NCBI RefSeq assembly: GCF_030144855.1
Contig: NW_026779784.1
Location: forward strand, 372,001-436,000
DNA: 64,000 nucleotides
Direction of reading: 5' to 3'
Source: Hypanus sabinus
Taxonomy: Eukaryota
Part shown: positions 37,955 to 48,750 of the stretch, in pieces
How positions within the stretch are numbered: position 1 is the stretch's first letter
How the letters are laid out: the number at the start of each line of letters is the position of its first letter
Notes under the pieces: generated by a model
Told to the model about the DNA's origin: nothing
The model's input: the letters and a program-made list of their open reading frames with translations, nothing else
Databases searched by the model: none
Made by a program: the position numbers and the translations under genes

Positions 37955-37997
37955 TGGATTGTCAGGGGCTGTGGAGTCGCGCAGGCAGCAGAGGAAG

Positions 37998-40900
37998 ATG
38001 GACAGAGATAAGTTTGTTTGTTGGTGCCAGTTTGAAGATGTACCGGTACAGTACGCATGCGTAGTGAGCGGAGTGGATGTTCGAGTTTCGGGAGACGCGA
38101 TAGAGAGGGGTTTAAGTTCGGTGAAGGGTATTGGGCAGGTAGAATTGGTAGCTAGACGGTGTGGTAAAGAGGTAGAGTCTAGCTGGGTGTTGGTTCGTAC
38201 GAGTGCTGAAGTCAGGACGGTGGAACTGCCGGCGACGGTCAGTGTACCGGGGGAGGCGGGCCCGTGGGGGCTCCACTCCTACCAGGATGAGGCTGAGGAG
38301 ACATCGGGGGAAGAGTTAGAGCTAGAGGTGGACCCCAGAGAGGTGCCCGGCACTAGTAAAGGGAGGTGGGAGGAGGGAGTCGTGACTAAGCCCCGCTCCC
38401 CAGGTAGGGTGGAAGTCTCGGAGCTGGCAGCTGCACTTAACTCCCTGGTGGGGGTGGCCGAGAGGCCACGGCTGAAGCTGGGGGTGTTCTCCGGAGCCAA
38501 GCCTACTCCGGATGGGGAGGTGGACTATGAGACCTGGATCGAGCATACGTCTTTGATGTTAGAGGAGTGGCCAGGCTCAGAGGAGGAGAAGAGGCAGCGA
38601 TTGGTGGGAAGTTTGAGGGGTTTAGCAGCCACAACCATCCGGGAGTTGAAAGCTGAGAAGCCTGGGGCCTCAGTGGAGGACTGCCTACAAGTTTTGGAGG
38701 GAGCGTTTGGGTTGTCAGGGGAACCCTGGCTGCTTTTAGCAGAGTTTCAACGCCTGGAGCAATGGAGAGGGGAAAAGCTCTCCGAGTACATATTTAGGAT
38801 GGAGGGGATGCTCTCGGGGCTGCGGCGCCGAGGGGTAGTGAAGGCGACTGACGTGGCTAGCGTGAGGATGAGTCAGATATTCAGTGGCTCTCTGGAGGAG
38901 GACAAGGTGGCGTGGACTATCCGGCAGGCTTATAGGAAAGGTCCCCCTCCATCCTTCGGGCAACTGATTAGAGAGGTGCGAGAGGAAGAGAGAGCATTGG
39001 GGCGGAAAAGGGGCACGGGCCTACGGGAGCGATCCTCAGCGATACAGGAAGTGGTGGCTGAGTGGAGGAATGACAAACCCCCGGGGAGTAGGGAACCCCC
39101 TTTGGAGGGGAGGGACAGGGGAGGTACCTACTCTCAGGGGCGATCAGTGCAGTGGATTGGGAGCAGGAGCCGTCCTGGGAGAGGAGGGGCAGCCGGCAGT
39201 GTGTGCGTTAACTGTGGGAAAGAGGGGCATTTCAGGCGGGACTGTGGAAGGCCAAGGGTGTGCTATAGCTGTGGAGAGGAGGGTCACTTTAGGTGGGATT
39301 GTGAGAGACAAGGAGTCCCGCAGAGGACAAGCCCCCCTGCGACTAAGAAGGGAGAGGTGTCGGGGAAACTTAGGAGAGGCTCAGTGAGGGAATGGACTGG
39401 AGCCTCTGGAGGAACACGTTCCCAGAGATCAGCCGGAAGACCACCGGGTGCCCACGCCTCTGTTCCGGATGGGCTGGTAGGACCCCGTGCCAGTGTGGGT
39501 CTACGGATAGAGGGAGTTTACGCAAAAGCCGTTCTTGATACTGGATCGCAGGTGACCTTATTGTACCGGTCTTTCTACAATCAACATCTAAAGCATTTGC
39601 CCGTAACACCATTTGACGCCCTGCAGATTTGGGGTGTGAGCGAGGGTGACTACCCGTACGATGGGTACCTATCGGTGAGATTGGAGTTCTCGGAGGGCGA
39701 TGTGGGAGTGTCGGAAGCTATTGAGACGTTGGTGTTGGTGTGTCCTGACCCGGTGGAAACCGGTGGTGCTGCCCTCCTGGTGGGGACTAACTCCCCAGTT
39801 GTGCGACGGCTCCTGGGAGCTTGTAAGGAGAAAGGGGGGGAAGACTTTCTGGAGACCCTCTCGGTGCATCCAGTGTTTCGAGCAGTGTTCGAAGAAGGGG
39901 TTGCCTCCCAAGGGCTGGACCCGGAGTGTAAACGAGGGACGGTGTGGTGTACGCAGGCGAGGCCCAAGGTGATCCAACCAGGGGAGGTAGCACTAGTGAT
40001 GGGGACCCCCAGATTCCCAGGAGTGCCGACAGGAGAAGCCCTGTTAGTAGATGCCCCAGACGATCTTGAAGGGGAGACACGATTTCCGGCGGGGGCGCTG
40101 GTGAGGCCCGAAGTGCAGAGACCAGGGGTGGTACATGCGAGGCGTATAGCTATAAGTGTCAGGAACACCACGGCAAGAGAAATCACCTTTAAGAGGGGAA
40201 TGCCGCTGGCACATCTGTTCCCGGTGACGGTAATGTCCAGCGCACCAGTGCGGACCCCTAACGGGGAGGGATCGGAGCATCGAAGGGAGCTGACCGCTGA
40301 AGCCTTTAACTTCGGGGATTCCCCAGTGTCGCCGGAGTGGAAACGCAGGCTAGTGGAGAAGATGCTGAAGATGGAAGCTGTTTTTTCTCGGGGCGAGTTT
40401 GATGTTGGCTGCTCCAAAAGCACTCGCCACACCATCCGGGTGACGGAGGACACCCCGTTCCGAGAGAGATCCCGGCGGCTGGCTCCGGCAGATGTTGAGG
40501 ACGTGCGACAGCACTTGTGCAAGTTGAAGGAGGCCGGAATCATAGCTGAGTCTCGAAGTCCTTATGCGTCCCCAATAGTGGTGGCACGGAAGAAGAATGG
40601 GCGAGTGCGCATGTGTGTTGACTACAGGACGTTGAATCGGCGAACTGTCCCTGATCAATATACTGTCCCAAGAGTCGAGGATGCGTTGGCCTGCCTGAGC
40701 GGTGCAAAGTGGTTCAGTGTGCTGGATTTAAGAAGTGGGTATTACCAGATCCCGATGAGTGCGGCCGATAAAGAGAAGACCGCTTTTATCTGCCCACTGG
40801 GGTTCTTTCAGTTCGAACGAATGCCCCAAGGCATATCCGGAGCCCCAGCCACCTTCCAGAGGCTCATGGAGAGAACTGTGGGGGATATGAATCTGTTGGA

Positions 40901-43868
40901 GGTGCTGGTGTACCTGGACGATTTGATAGTGTTTGGATCGACTTTGGAGGAACATGAGGAGAGACTGTTGAAGGTGTTGGGCCGGCTTAATGAAGAAGGG
41001 TTGAAGCTTTCCCTGGACAAATGCCAGTTCTGCAAGTCGTCGGTTAACTACATTGGCCATATCATTTCGCGAGAGGGAGTGGCTACTGATCCAACCAAGA
41101 TAGAGGCTGTGACCACCTGGCCGAGACCCCAGAAAGTGGGTGCTCTGCGCTCATTTTTGGGGTTCTGTGGGTATTACCGGCGATTTGTGAAAGGATACGC
41201 AAAAGTGTGTCATCCGTTAACTCAGCTGTTGTGTGGCTATCCCCCGGTGGGGAAGAAGAGGACGGGGAACCAGAGGCAGGATGCTGGAGGATACTGGAAC
41301 CCGGCGGAACCTTTTGGCTCAAGATGGGATGATCGATGTGAAGAGGCGTTCCGATCTTTGAAAAGGGCACTGACCCAGGCCCCGGTGTTGGCTTTTGCCG
41401 ATCCCCAGAAGCCATATGTGCTGCACACGGATGCCAGCCGAGAGGGTCTCGGGGCTGTTCTGTACCAGGAGCATGGCAAAGCATTGAGGCCGGTAGCCTT
41501 TGTCAGCCGAAGCTTGTCGCCATCGGAGAGAAACTATCCCACTCACAAGTTGGAGTTCCTGGCGCTGAAGTGGGCGGTGGTGGACAAGCTGGGCGATTAC
41601 CTGTACGGAGCCAAGTTTGAGGTGAGAACGGATAACAATCCTCTCACTTATATTTTGACTTCGGCGAAGCTGGATGCCACAGGACATCGGTGGCTGGCGG
41701 CATTGTCGGTATATGATTTCAGCCTGAGGTACCGCCCCGGAAGCAAGAATATCGATGCGGATGCATTGTCTCGTCGGGAGCCGGGGGAGGAGGAGAAGGA
41801 CGAGGAGTGGGAGAGTGTCCCTGCCCCTGGAGTGAAGGCGATGTGTCAGTTTGTTATCACCGTGAAGGCCGAGGGAAGAGGGAGGCTGGAACGAGCCGTG
41901 GACCATTTGGGGGTTTTTGACGACGCCATACCCCTAGTTTACTGTGACCTGACCGCTCTGGGGACTAAACAGTTGCCGGAACTGAGTCCGGGGGAAGTGG
42001 CAACTGCTCAGCAAAATGACCCGGGCATTGGCACAGTGTGGAGAGCGGTCGAGAAGGGGGATGGGGCGTTGGCTGAGAAGGCGAAACACCCATACGTGCC
42101 TCTGTTGTTGAAGGAGTGGTCTCGGTTGAAGTTAAAGAACAAAATCTTGTACCGGGTAACGGCGCCTCCGGACCAACCCCGCTGTTGGCAACTGGTCCTG
42201 CCAGAGGAGTATCACCAGACTGTACTCCAGGCCTTACATGATGATTCTGGACATTTGGGGGTGGAAAAGACATATGGATTACTCAAAGACCGGTTCTACT
42301 GGCCCCGGATGAGGGGGGACGTCGAAGAATACTGTAGGGGATGCCGTCGTTGCATCCAGAGGAAGACCCTGCCAGCGTTGGCGGCTCCACTGTCGCACTT
42401 GCAGAGTGCGGGACCTCTGGACCTGGTATGTATGGATTTCCTGTCGATTGAGCCTGACACCAGCAACACCGCGAATGTATTAGTCATCACCGATCATTAC
42501 ACTCGCTATGCTCAGGCATTTCCCACCAAGGATCAGAAGGCGACGACAGTGGCGAAGGTGCTATGGGAGAAGTACTTTGTGCATTACGGCCTTCCCAGGC
42601 GAATCCATAGTGATCAGGGGCGGGACTTTGAGAGCCGCCTTATCCAGGAATTACTGACTATGCTTGGGGTTGAGAAATCCAGGACTACCCCTTACCACCC
42701 ACAGGGAGATCCTCAGCCAGAGAGATTCAACAGGACCCTGTTGGATATGCTTGGGACGCTGGAGATTGGGCAGAAAAGCAGGTGGAGTCGTCATATTGGA
42801 CAATTGGTTCACTGTTACAATTGTACTCGCAATGAGGCTACAGGGTATTCACCCTATTATCTGATGTTTGGGCGGGAAGCGAGGTTGCCCATTGACGTGT
42901 GTTTTGGAGGTGGAGTGGGTGAATTTCCCGGGAAGTCCCATCTAAAGTACGTGTCCGACATGAAGAGGGAGTTACAGCGGGCGTACGAGTTGGCCGAGGC
43001 GGCGGCTACCAAACAAAATCGGCGGAATAAGATGCGGTATGATCGAAAGGTGAAGTTTGTACAATTATTACCGGGCGACCGGGTCCTTTTACGGAATTTG
43101 GGACTCCCTGGTAAGCACAAGTTGGCAGATCGATGGGCGGCCAGCCCCTATGTAATAGAGAGCCAGATGCCGAACCTGCCAGTTTACCGGGTGAAACCCG
43201 AGGATGGAAAAGGGCCTATCAAGGTACTCCATAGGAATCACCTGCTGCCACTGGGTCAAGCGGTGCAGGTGGATAAGGAGCCCGAGTGGGAGGTTACGCC
43301 CAGTACAAGGACTCTGCGAGGGAGCGGAGAACGGGAAGAGCCCGCTGCTGAAGAGCGGGGACGGGTCCCTCACTCGGGAATGGCTACCGATTCAGAGGAG
43401 GACGACTCAGATGAGTGGGTCCTGTTCCCATTCGCTAGTGCTCCAGTACCAGGAGAGGAGGCTCCTGGCCCTTCCCATACTGAATTGGGTGAGAGGAGGG
43501 AAGGTCTTGAGGGTCAGATGGAGAGGCAGCCTACATTGGTGGGAGAGAGGGTGGAATCTGAGCGTGAGCCGGAGAGATCTCGGGTGAGGGAGGACCCCTG
43601 TGAGGAAGGGGGTGCGGGTCTGTCAGGTAGACCTGGGGTGTCCGAGACAGTGGGTTCGCAGGTGACGAGGGAGCCCAGTGGGGCAGAAGGGGTATGGAGA
43701 TCTCAGAGGATTAGGCGCCCCCCGGAGCGGTTGACATATGTGGTACCGGGAGAACCGAGTGTGATTTCTACTGCTCTGGGTAGTTATGTCATTGCCTTCT
43801 GCACCTGGGTTGGGTTTTGTGTGTTGCAAGAAGCTTTGGGGACCTCTAGTAATGTCATGAGGGCATGA
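37998..43868 (+). CDS. Gag-Pol polyprotein, 1956 aa from the first ATG (PNMA-like Gag, 2 CCHC knuckles, PR, RT, RNase H, IN)
   Basis: LGVFSG..PDGEVDYETW..EEEKRQRLVGSLRG (PNMA-type capsid); CVNCGKEGHFRRDC and CYSCGEEGHFRWDC; LDTGSQ; LDLRSGY..MPQG..YLDD; LHTDAS..EFLAL..TDNNPL..DALSR; H-H-C-C plus MDF/SDQG/PERFN. The ORF-track start at 37935 is a GTG overlapping the PBS. Confidence 0.95.
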   Translation: MDRDKFVCWCQFEDVPVQYACVVSGVDVRVSGDAIERGLSSVKGIGQVELVARRCGKEVESSWVLVRTSAEVRTVELPATVSVPGEAGPWGLHSYQDEAEETSGEELELEVDPREVPGTSKGRWEEGVVTKPRSPGRVEVSELAAALNSLVGVAERPRLKLGVFSGAKPTPDGEVDYETWIEHTSLMLEEWPGSEEEKRQRLVGSLRGLAATTIRELKAEKPGASVEDCLQVLEGAFGLSGEPWLLLAEFQRLEQWRGEKLSEYIFRMEGMLSGLRRRGVVKATDVASVRMSQIFSGSLEEDKVAWTIRQAYRKGPPPSFGQLIREVREEERALGRKRGTGLRERSSAIQEVVAEWRNDKPPGSREPPLEGRDRGGTYSQGRSVQWIGSRSRPGRGGAAGSVCVNCGKEGHFRRDCGRPRVCYSCGEEGHFRWDCERQGVPQRTSPPATKKGEVSGKLRRGSVREWTGASGGTRSQRSAGRPPGAHASVPDGLVGPRASVGLRIEGVYAKAVLDTGSQVTLLYRSFYNQHLKHLPVTPFDALQIWGVSEGDYPYDGYLSVRLEFSEGDVGVSEAIETLVLVCPDPVETGGAALLVGTNSPVVRRLLGACKEKGGEDFLETLSVHPVFRAVFEEGVASQGLDPECKRGTVWCTQARPKVIQPGEVALVMGTPRFPGVPTGEALLVDAPDDLEGETRFPAGALVRPEVQRPGVVHARRIAISVRNTTAREITFKRGMPLAHLFPVTVMSSAPVRTPNGEGSEHRRELTAEAFNFGDSPVSPEWKRRLVEKMLKMEAVFSRGEFDVGCSKSTRHTIRVTEDTPFRERSRRLAPADVEDVRQHLCKLKEAGIIAESRSPYASPIVVARKKNGRVRMCVDYRTLNRRTVPDQYTVPRVEDALACLSGAKWFSVLDLRSGYYQIPMSAADKEKTAFICPLGFFQFERMPQGISGAPATFQRLMERTVGDMNLLEVLVYLDDLIVFGSTLEEHEERLLKVLGRLNEEGLKLSLDKCQFCKSSVNYIGHIISREGVATDPTKIEAVTTWPRPQKVGALRSFLGFCGYYRRFVKGYAKVCHPLTQLLCGYPPVGKKRTGNQRQDAGGYWNPAEPFGSRWDDRCEEAFRSLKRALTQAPVLAFADPQKPYVLHTDASREGLGAVLYQEHGKALRPVAFVSRSLSPSERNYPTHKLEFLALKWAVVDKLGDYLYGAKFEVRTDNNPLTYILTSAKLDATGHRWLAALSVYDFSLRYRPGSKNIDADALSRREPGEEEKDEEWESVPAPGVKAMCQFVITVKAEGRGRLERAVDHLGVFDDAIPLVYCDLTALGTKQLPELSPGEVATAQQNDPGIGTVWRAVEKGDGALAEKAKHPYVPLLLKEWSRLKLKNKILYRVTAPPDQPRCWQLVLPEEYHQTVLQALHDDSGHLGVEKTYGLLKDRFYWPRMRGDVEEYCRGCRRCIQRKTLPALAAPLSHLQSAGPLDLVCMDFLSIEPDTSNTANVLVITDHYTRYAQAFPTKDQKATTVAKVLWEKYFVHYGLPRRIHSDQGRDFESRLIQELLTMLGVEKSRTTPYHPQGDPQPERFNRTLLDMLGTLEIGQKSRWSRHIGQLVHCYNCTRNEATGYSPYYLMFGREARLPIDVCFGGGVGEFPGKSHLKYVSDMKRELQRAYELAEAAATKQNRRNKMRYDRKVKFVQLLPGDRVLLRNLGLPGKHKLADRWAASPYVIESQMPNLPVYRVKPEDGKGPIKVLHRNHLLPLGQAVQVDKEPEWEVTPSTRTLRGSGEREEPAAEERGRVPHSGMATDSEEDDSDEWVLFPFASAPVPGEEAPGPSHTELGERREGLEGQMERQPTLVGERVESEREPERSRVREDPCEEGGAGLSGRPGVSETVGSQVTREPSGAEGVWRSQRIRRPPERLTYVVPGEPSVISTALGSYVIAFCTWVGFCVLQEALGTSSNVMRA
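39363..39423 (+). promoter_or_regulatory. -1 programmed ribosomal frameshift signal (slippery heptamer plus H-type pseudoknot), out of phase in this copy
   Basis: GGGAAAC at 39363-39369; 5-nt spacer; stem 1 AGAGGCTCAGT (39375-85) / ACTGGAGCCTCT (39396-407); stem 2 GGGAAT (39388-93) / GTTCCC (39418-23). Confidence 0.75.
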
Positions 43869-43876
43869 CATTTGCT

Positions 43877-43889
43877 GGTGGGGAGAGAA
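43877..43889 (+). promoter_or_regulatory. Polypurine tract
   Basis: GGTGGGGAGAGAA immediately before the 3' LTR. Confidence 0.85.
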
Positions 43890-44487
43890 TGTACAATGTC
43901 CTGGGTATGTTACTCAAAATGGCCTCTTTGGTTTGTTACAAGTAGGAATGTTTCTTTGTCGGATAAGTGTTTCTCTAGCCGTTGTTTCACTTTAGAATGG
44001 CTGATATGGTAATTGTATTCATTTGTTAATCAATGGGGAATGTCATTGTGTCTTGTGATGCTGGGAACTTGGGGGAGGGGTTTTCGCGGGTTTTTTGGGG
44101 GAGGCCGAGGAAGACATGGAAGAAGGTGGACGTGTGCTGGACTGCTCGTAAGACCACCGGGGTGGTCCCAGGTGCGACGGCCGGATGGGTCGATTGGTTC
44201 GTTGATTGAGCTCCAACGAGTGCACTAAACAGACTGAACTTTGATAAGTGGCGCCTTTTGTTTTTTTTCCTTGTGTATATATATTGTATTGCTTACTACT
44301 CTTTTTAATTTTAGTAAACTCTTTAAAGTGTATTTCATAACGGTATTTGTTGTGGATTTGATACTGTTGGCGGGCTCGAGGCGTAAACTTGATTCTCACA
44401 GCACCTGCGTGTACGGGAGGTGGGTTGGAGAGTGGCTGGATCCTTTTTTTCCCCTAGACATATACCAGCCTGTGGGTAAGTGTTACA
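43890..44487 (+). repeat. 3' LTR
   Basis: Direct repeat of 37334-37931, followed by the TAAA TSD. Confidence 0.95.
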
Positions 44488-45847
44488 TAAACTATTATAA
44501 ATTTCACATTGCACATTTAGACAGAGACGTAACATAAAGATTTCTACAACTCATGTATGAAGAATGTAAGTAATAAAGTCAATTCGATTCAATTCACCCT
44601 CTCCACTATCTGCTCTGTCATTCTGGCTCCAATCCTCCCTGCAACTTTAGTTTAACCACCCACCCCACAGGGGAGCACCAGCAAGCCTTGCCACTAGGAT
44701 ACTCATCCCTTTCAAGTTCTGTTCCACTAACTAACAAATCCCCTATCACCCCTTTGACTTTCCTCTGCCAGGTAATTCCCCCCAACAGTTTCTAAAGCAT
44801 CCACCTGTTGTTGTGTGGGATGGCCACAAGAGTACTCTGCGTTGCCTATTTAACCTCATTCCCCTTCCTGACTCTCACCCAGTTTCCTGTGTCCTGCACC
44901 TTGGGTGCAACTCACCTCTCTGCACATCATACCTATCACACCCTCTGACGCTTGGATGATGTGGAATTCATCCATTTCCAGCTCCAACTCCTTAAAGTGC
45001 AGCTGGATATACACCTTCTACATGAGGGCGTCAGGGACACTGGAGGTCTCCCCGCCTTCCCACCAATGTCCCCTCTAATTTGTAATGACCAGTGTGTGCA
45101 AAAACCTTGTACTGTACAATTTTTACCCAGTGACAACAACATGTGCAAACTGAATTTTATATAGAGAGGTATTCATTTCAACAGCGAGCAAGTCACTGTC
45201 AGTAAGAACTTTAATCTCCTCTGGTTGAGTCTTGATTGAGTTCATCTGCACTCTCACACAACCTATGTAACAGGTTAATGAAGGATTTACTCGCCACAGC
45301 TTCTGCAAACCACCTATTTGTGATTTTCTTGCTAAATGATGCTTTCAATTTCAGATTTCCAAATATCACTCCACTTCTTCCCACTTGAAAATTCTCCAGC
45401 AACAATACAGACGGTATTGTACATAAGTATTTCCCATGAAGTCTCACCCAGGTGACTGACAGTGGTGAACTCAGTGATGGTAATGCCAAGGAATACTGCC
45501 TTTAAGGACAGTAGTCCGTCTCCCTGGAGTCTGGCACATTTCTGATGTGAAAGCTACTTGTTGCCCAGGGCAAAGGTGTTTGATATCATTATGTAGCCAG
45601 ACAGAATTGGTGGAAGCATGTTCTCACTGGTAGAAAAATGCAGACCGAGAGGAGGTAGAACAAGCAACAGACACAAAATGCTGGAGGAACTCAGCAGGCC
45701 AGGCATTATCTATGGAAAAGAGTACTAATGCTGAATTCCTCCAGCAATTTGTGTGTGTAGCTTGGATTTCCAGCATCTGCAGATTTCCTCTTTGTGATTG
45801 GAGGTAGAACAAAGATGATTTTCTCAACTGGTGATGTAAAAGATTTT

Positions 45848-48397
45848 AGAGCCATAGAATAGAACACTACAGCACAGTACAGGCCCTTCAGCCCTCCATG
45901 TTGTGCCAACCCATATAAACCTTAAAAAAAGAACTAAACCCACACTACCCCGTAACCCTCCATTTTTCTTTCATCCATGTGCCTGTCCAAGAGGCTGTTA
46001 AATACCCCTCATGTTTTAGCCTCCACCACCACCCCTGGCAAGTCATTCCAGGCACTCACAACTCTCTGTGTAAAAAAAAAACTTACCCCTGAAGTCTCCC
46101 CTAAACTTCCCTCCCTTAATTTTATACATATGCCCTCTGGTGTTTGCTGTTGGTGCCCTGGGAAACGGGTACTGACTATCCACCCTGTCTATGCCTCTCG
46201 TAATCTTTTAGCCCTCTATCAAGTTCTAGACCTTTCATATTATTTCACATTTCATAAAGATTGAAACAGAATAGGCTGAAACACACTGTTCAAAAGTGCT
46301 GGCGTTCAATCCACTTGGTGCATTGACTCATTACATTTTTTGGGTGTATGTTTGTCAGAATCACATCCAACAGATTTCCCATCAGAAGTGCAGGAAAATT
46401 CTGGACCTGATTTCAAATGAACCACTGAGCACTCTGAAAAAAAGGTGCGGCAGAGGCCGATTTCTCCCTTGTGCTTTTATTTTCAGTGTGAACTATGTAA
46501 CATTGATGGTGATTAATGATCATTACTTTCAGGCGACAGCCCTCCAAACATGTGACGAACCACAGTAAAACTTAGTGAACCTGCCATGGTTGGGTCTTGG
46601 GTGTCGGACCAGCAGATTTTCTGTATTATTAGATGTTCTCTTATTAATACATCATACCTCACTTCCAAATCACTGTTTTTAGACATCACATTCTAGAATG
46701 ATGTGCAAATAAGGTCAAAGTAAGTTTCAAAGTCATCTGGGAAACAGAAACGTGCAAGTTTAAAGGGAGCAGAGATACCTGACTGACCTGCATGAGGTGT
46801 TGAGCTGCCTAAAATGCATTCTTGAACGTATACTGCAGATTTAAAGCATTAATTGGATTTAATTTATTTTATTAAATTAACATTATCTTGCATCTCTTAA
46901 TCCTAATTCACAAGTTTAACATAGAATTAACCTTTCTGCATTTGGATATCTACAATTTTTGTTCTTTTCTTTCGAAAAATGCAGTCACATCATAATACTA
47001 TTCAAACTTCTGACCAAAAGTCTTATTTTTCCCCCTTTTATTTTTTCCCAGGAAAAAAATACTATAAACTTTTTGCTATTTAAAATTGGTAACATTTATC
47101 AATTCATGCTTTTGTTTAAAATTAAATTGCTTAACTCCCTGAAGCAAACTTGTAAGTTCACTAGCTAATAAAGAATTGAACAAAGAGGATTGTATATTTA
47201 ACGCACAAAGCAGCATAATATCAATGCTCCTACATCATAAATTGGGAGACAAATGTACACATCCCAACCTTATTAGGTATTTGTACTCAATTTTTCCCAC
47301 AGATGGTGAACTGCTAATCTTGGCTGGTTCATCAGGCACAGCATGGAGAAGGTCTGAAGGGAGGTGGAGTGGTTTGTGTATTTGCAGCAGTGCTGGGAGG
47401 AAAAATCAGCATGAATGATGAATGTCTTTAATGTCCCTTTCTATAAAATGCTCGACAGTTGTTTCACACTTATTTGACCTTGAGCTTTTTTTTTAAAACC
47501 ATATTACACTTTAGTCAGGATTACTTAGAATTTCAACATCTCTTTTCCAGTGAAAATAATAAGTGGGAAGGGGTATAATTTAAAGATCCTATATATTCAG
47601 TTTAATCCACCCCGTTCTAATGAAATGTTTATTCAGTTATTCATGCTATTGACAAGGCTCCGAATAAAGCAAATGAGGACCAATAGGTGTGGTCCATTCT
47701 TACAACCAGTTCAATGGCATAATTTTAAACTCACTTCCCCAAGTTTTCACATTTAGGAGCAGAATCACAAGAAGAGCTGGCAAATGACCAGGGAAAGCTT
47801 CACACAGAATCACAGAACAATTTTATAAAATTATTGTTGGCATGAAAGGAGATCATCAACCAGAACTATCCTTTCAACTCCAATCCTTTTCTCTTGCCCT
47901 GCATCACTGCAAAAATTCACTCTCATTTCCTTTCCAATTCTATTTGGAAGTACTGTCTTAGTCTTCGACAGTACTGTCCTGTGGATATCCACTAACTGTG
48001 CTCTGGAAGTCCAATCCAAAGTAGAATCTTTGCTAATCTACAATGCTAGCACTGCACCTCACCATACTTTATGTCCAGTAATTTAACCAAGATTCCGATT
48101 TTCTAATCACAGAAAAGACTAAGTACTAATTTAAAACAAAGGCTAAGGTTTAAACTTTCATCTTATGCTGATGATCATCTAATGTTATACTGCTTTTCCA
48201 TATATAAGATAGATAGATAGATAAATAAATAAATAAATAAGGAATGACAGATAAGGTTGTGGTCTAAGGAAGAAGGAGTCAATTTTAGAAAATCCAGCAC
48301 ATCTATTTTTCAGCATAGTCCACTCCTACATTTACACACTTAGTCCAGCGGTCGTGTAACATACGAATCTTAGACCTCCAGAGAGTGTCCACAGATG
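45848..48397 (-). mobile_element. Composite 2.55-kb insertion (CR1 3' end, ~2 kb unique AT-rich DNA, mariner fragment) with an 18-bp target duplication
   Basis: GGTGATGTAAAAGATTTT at 45830-45847 and 48398-48415; single copy at the paralogous site ~19235-19252. Confidence 0.75.
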
Positions 48398-48660
48398 GGT
48401 GATGTAAAAGATTTTGTTCCCTTTCTCCGAGTTCCTAATCCTTGCATTTAGATAGCTGGAGCTCAGCTCTGTCTGAGAGATCCATCGGTTCCCATTCCCT
48501 CATCAGCCGGAAGCTCCCCGGGGCCCGTGTACGGATCGTGGGGCTGAGAGAGAGGGAAGAGAACAGGACTGTCCCGGGATTGCTGGTCACGGTGTCCGAA
48601 ATTCAGAGGAATTATCCCGAAGTCGGTGTTTACGAAAAAAACACGGAGAATCGCTCTTAC

Positions 48661-48750
48661 CTGCAACCGACATTTTCAAGGCCTCGTGTGCTGCGCGCAT
48701 GCGTGATACTCGGGGACGTCGTCAGCCTGACGCCTGCGCAGTTCATCAGA
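48661..48750 (-). promoter_or_regulatory. Promoter and non-coding exon 1 of ZNF gene 2
   Basis: TGCGCGCATGCG at ~48692-48703, GCCTGCGCA, donor CAG|GTAAGA at 48661/48660. Confidence 0.65.

Larger units (their letters stand above)
37334..44487 (+). mobile_element. Full-length Ty3/Gypsy LTR retrotransposon with PNMA-type Gag, apparently intact
   Basis: Two 598-bp LTRs (TGTA...TACA), 4-bp TSD TAAA (37330-37333 / 44488-44491), PBS, PPT and an uninterrupted Gag-Pol ORF. Confidence 0.97.

Noticed and set aside
39650-40543. 297-aa antisense ORF (and 41319-41906) within the Gypsy pol
   Set aside because: Antisense shadow of a long GC-rich coding frame; no independent motifs.
43250-43868. env-like or chromodomain extension of the Gypsy element
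   Set aside because: Acidic low-complexity IN tail with the common RSQRIRRPPERL motif; no chromodomain or env motifs, and the ORF ends next to the PPT.
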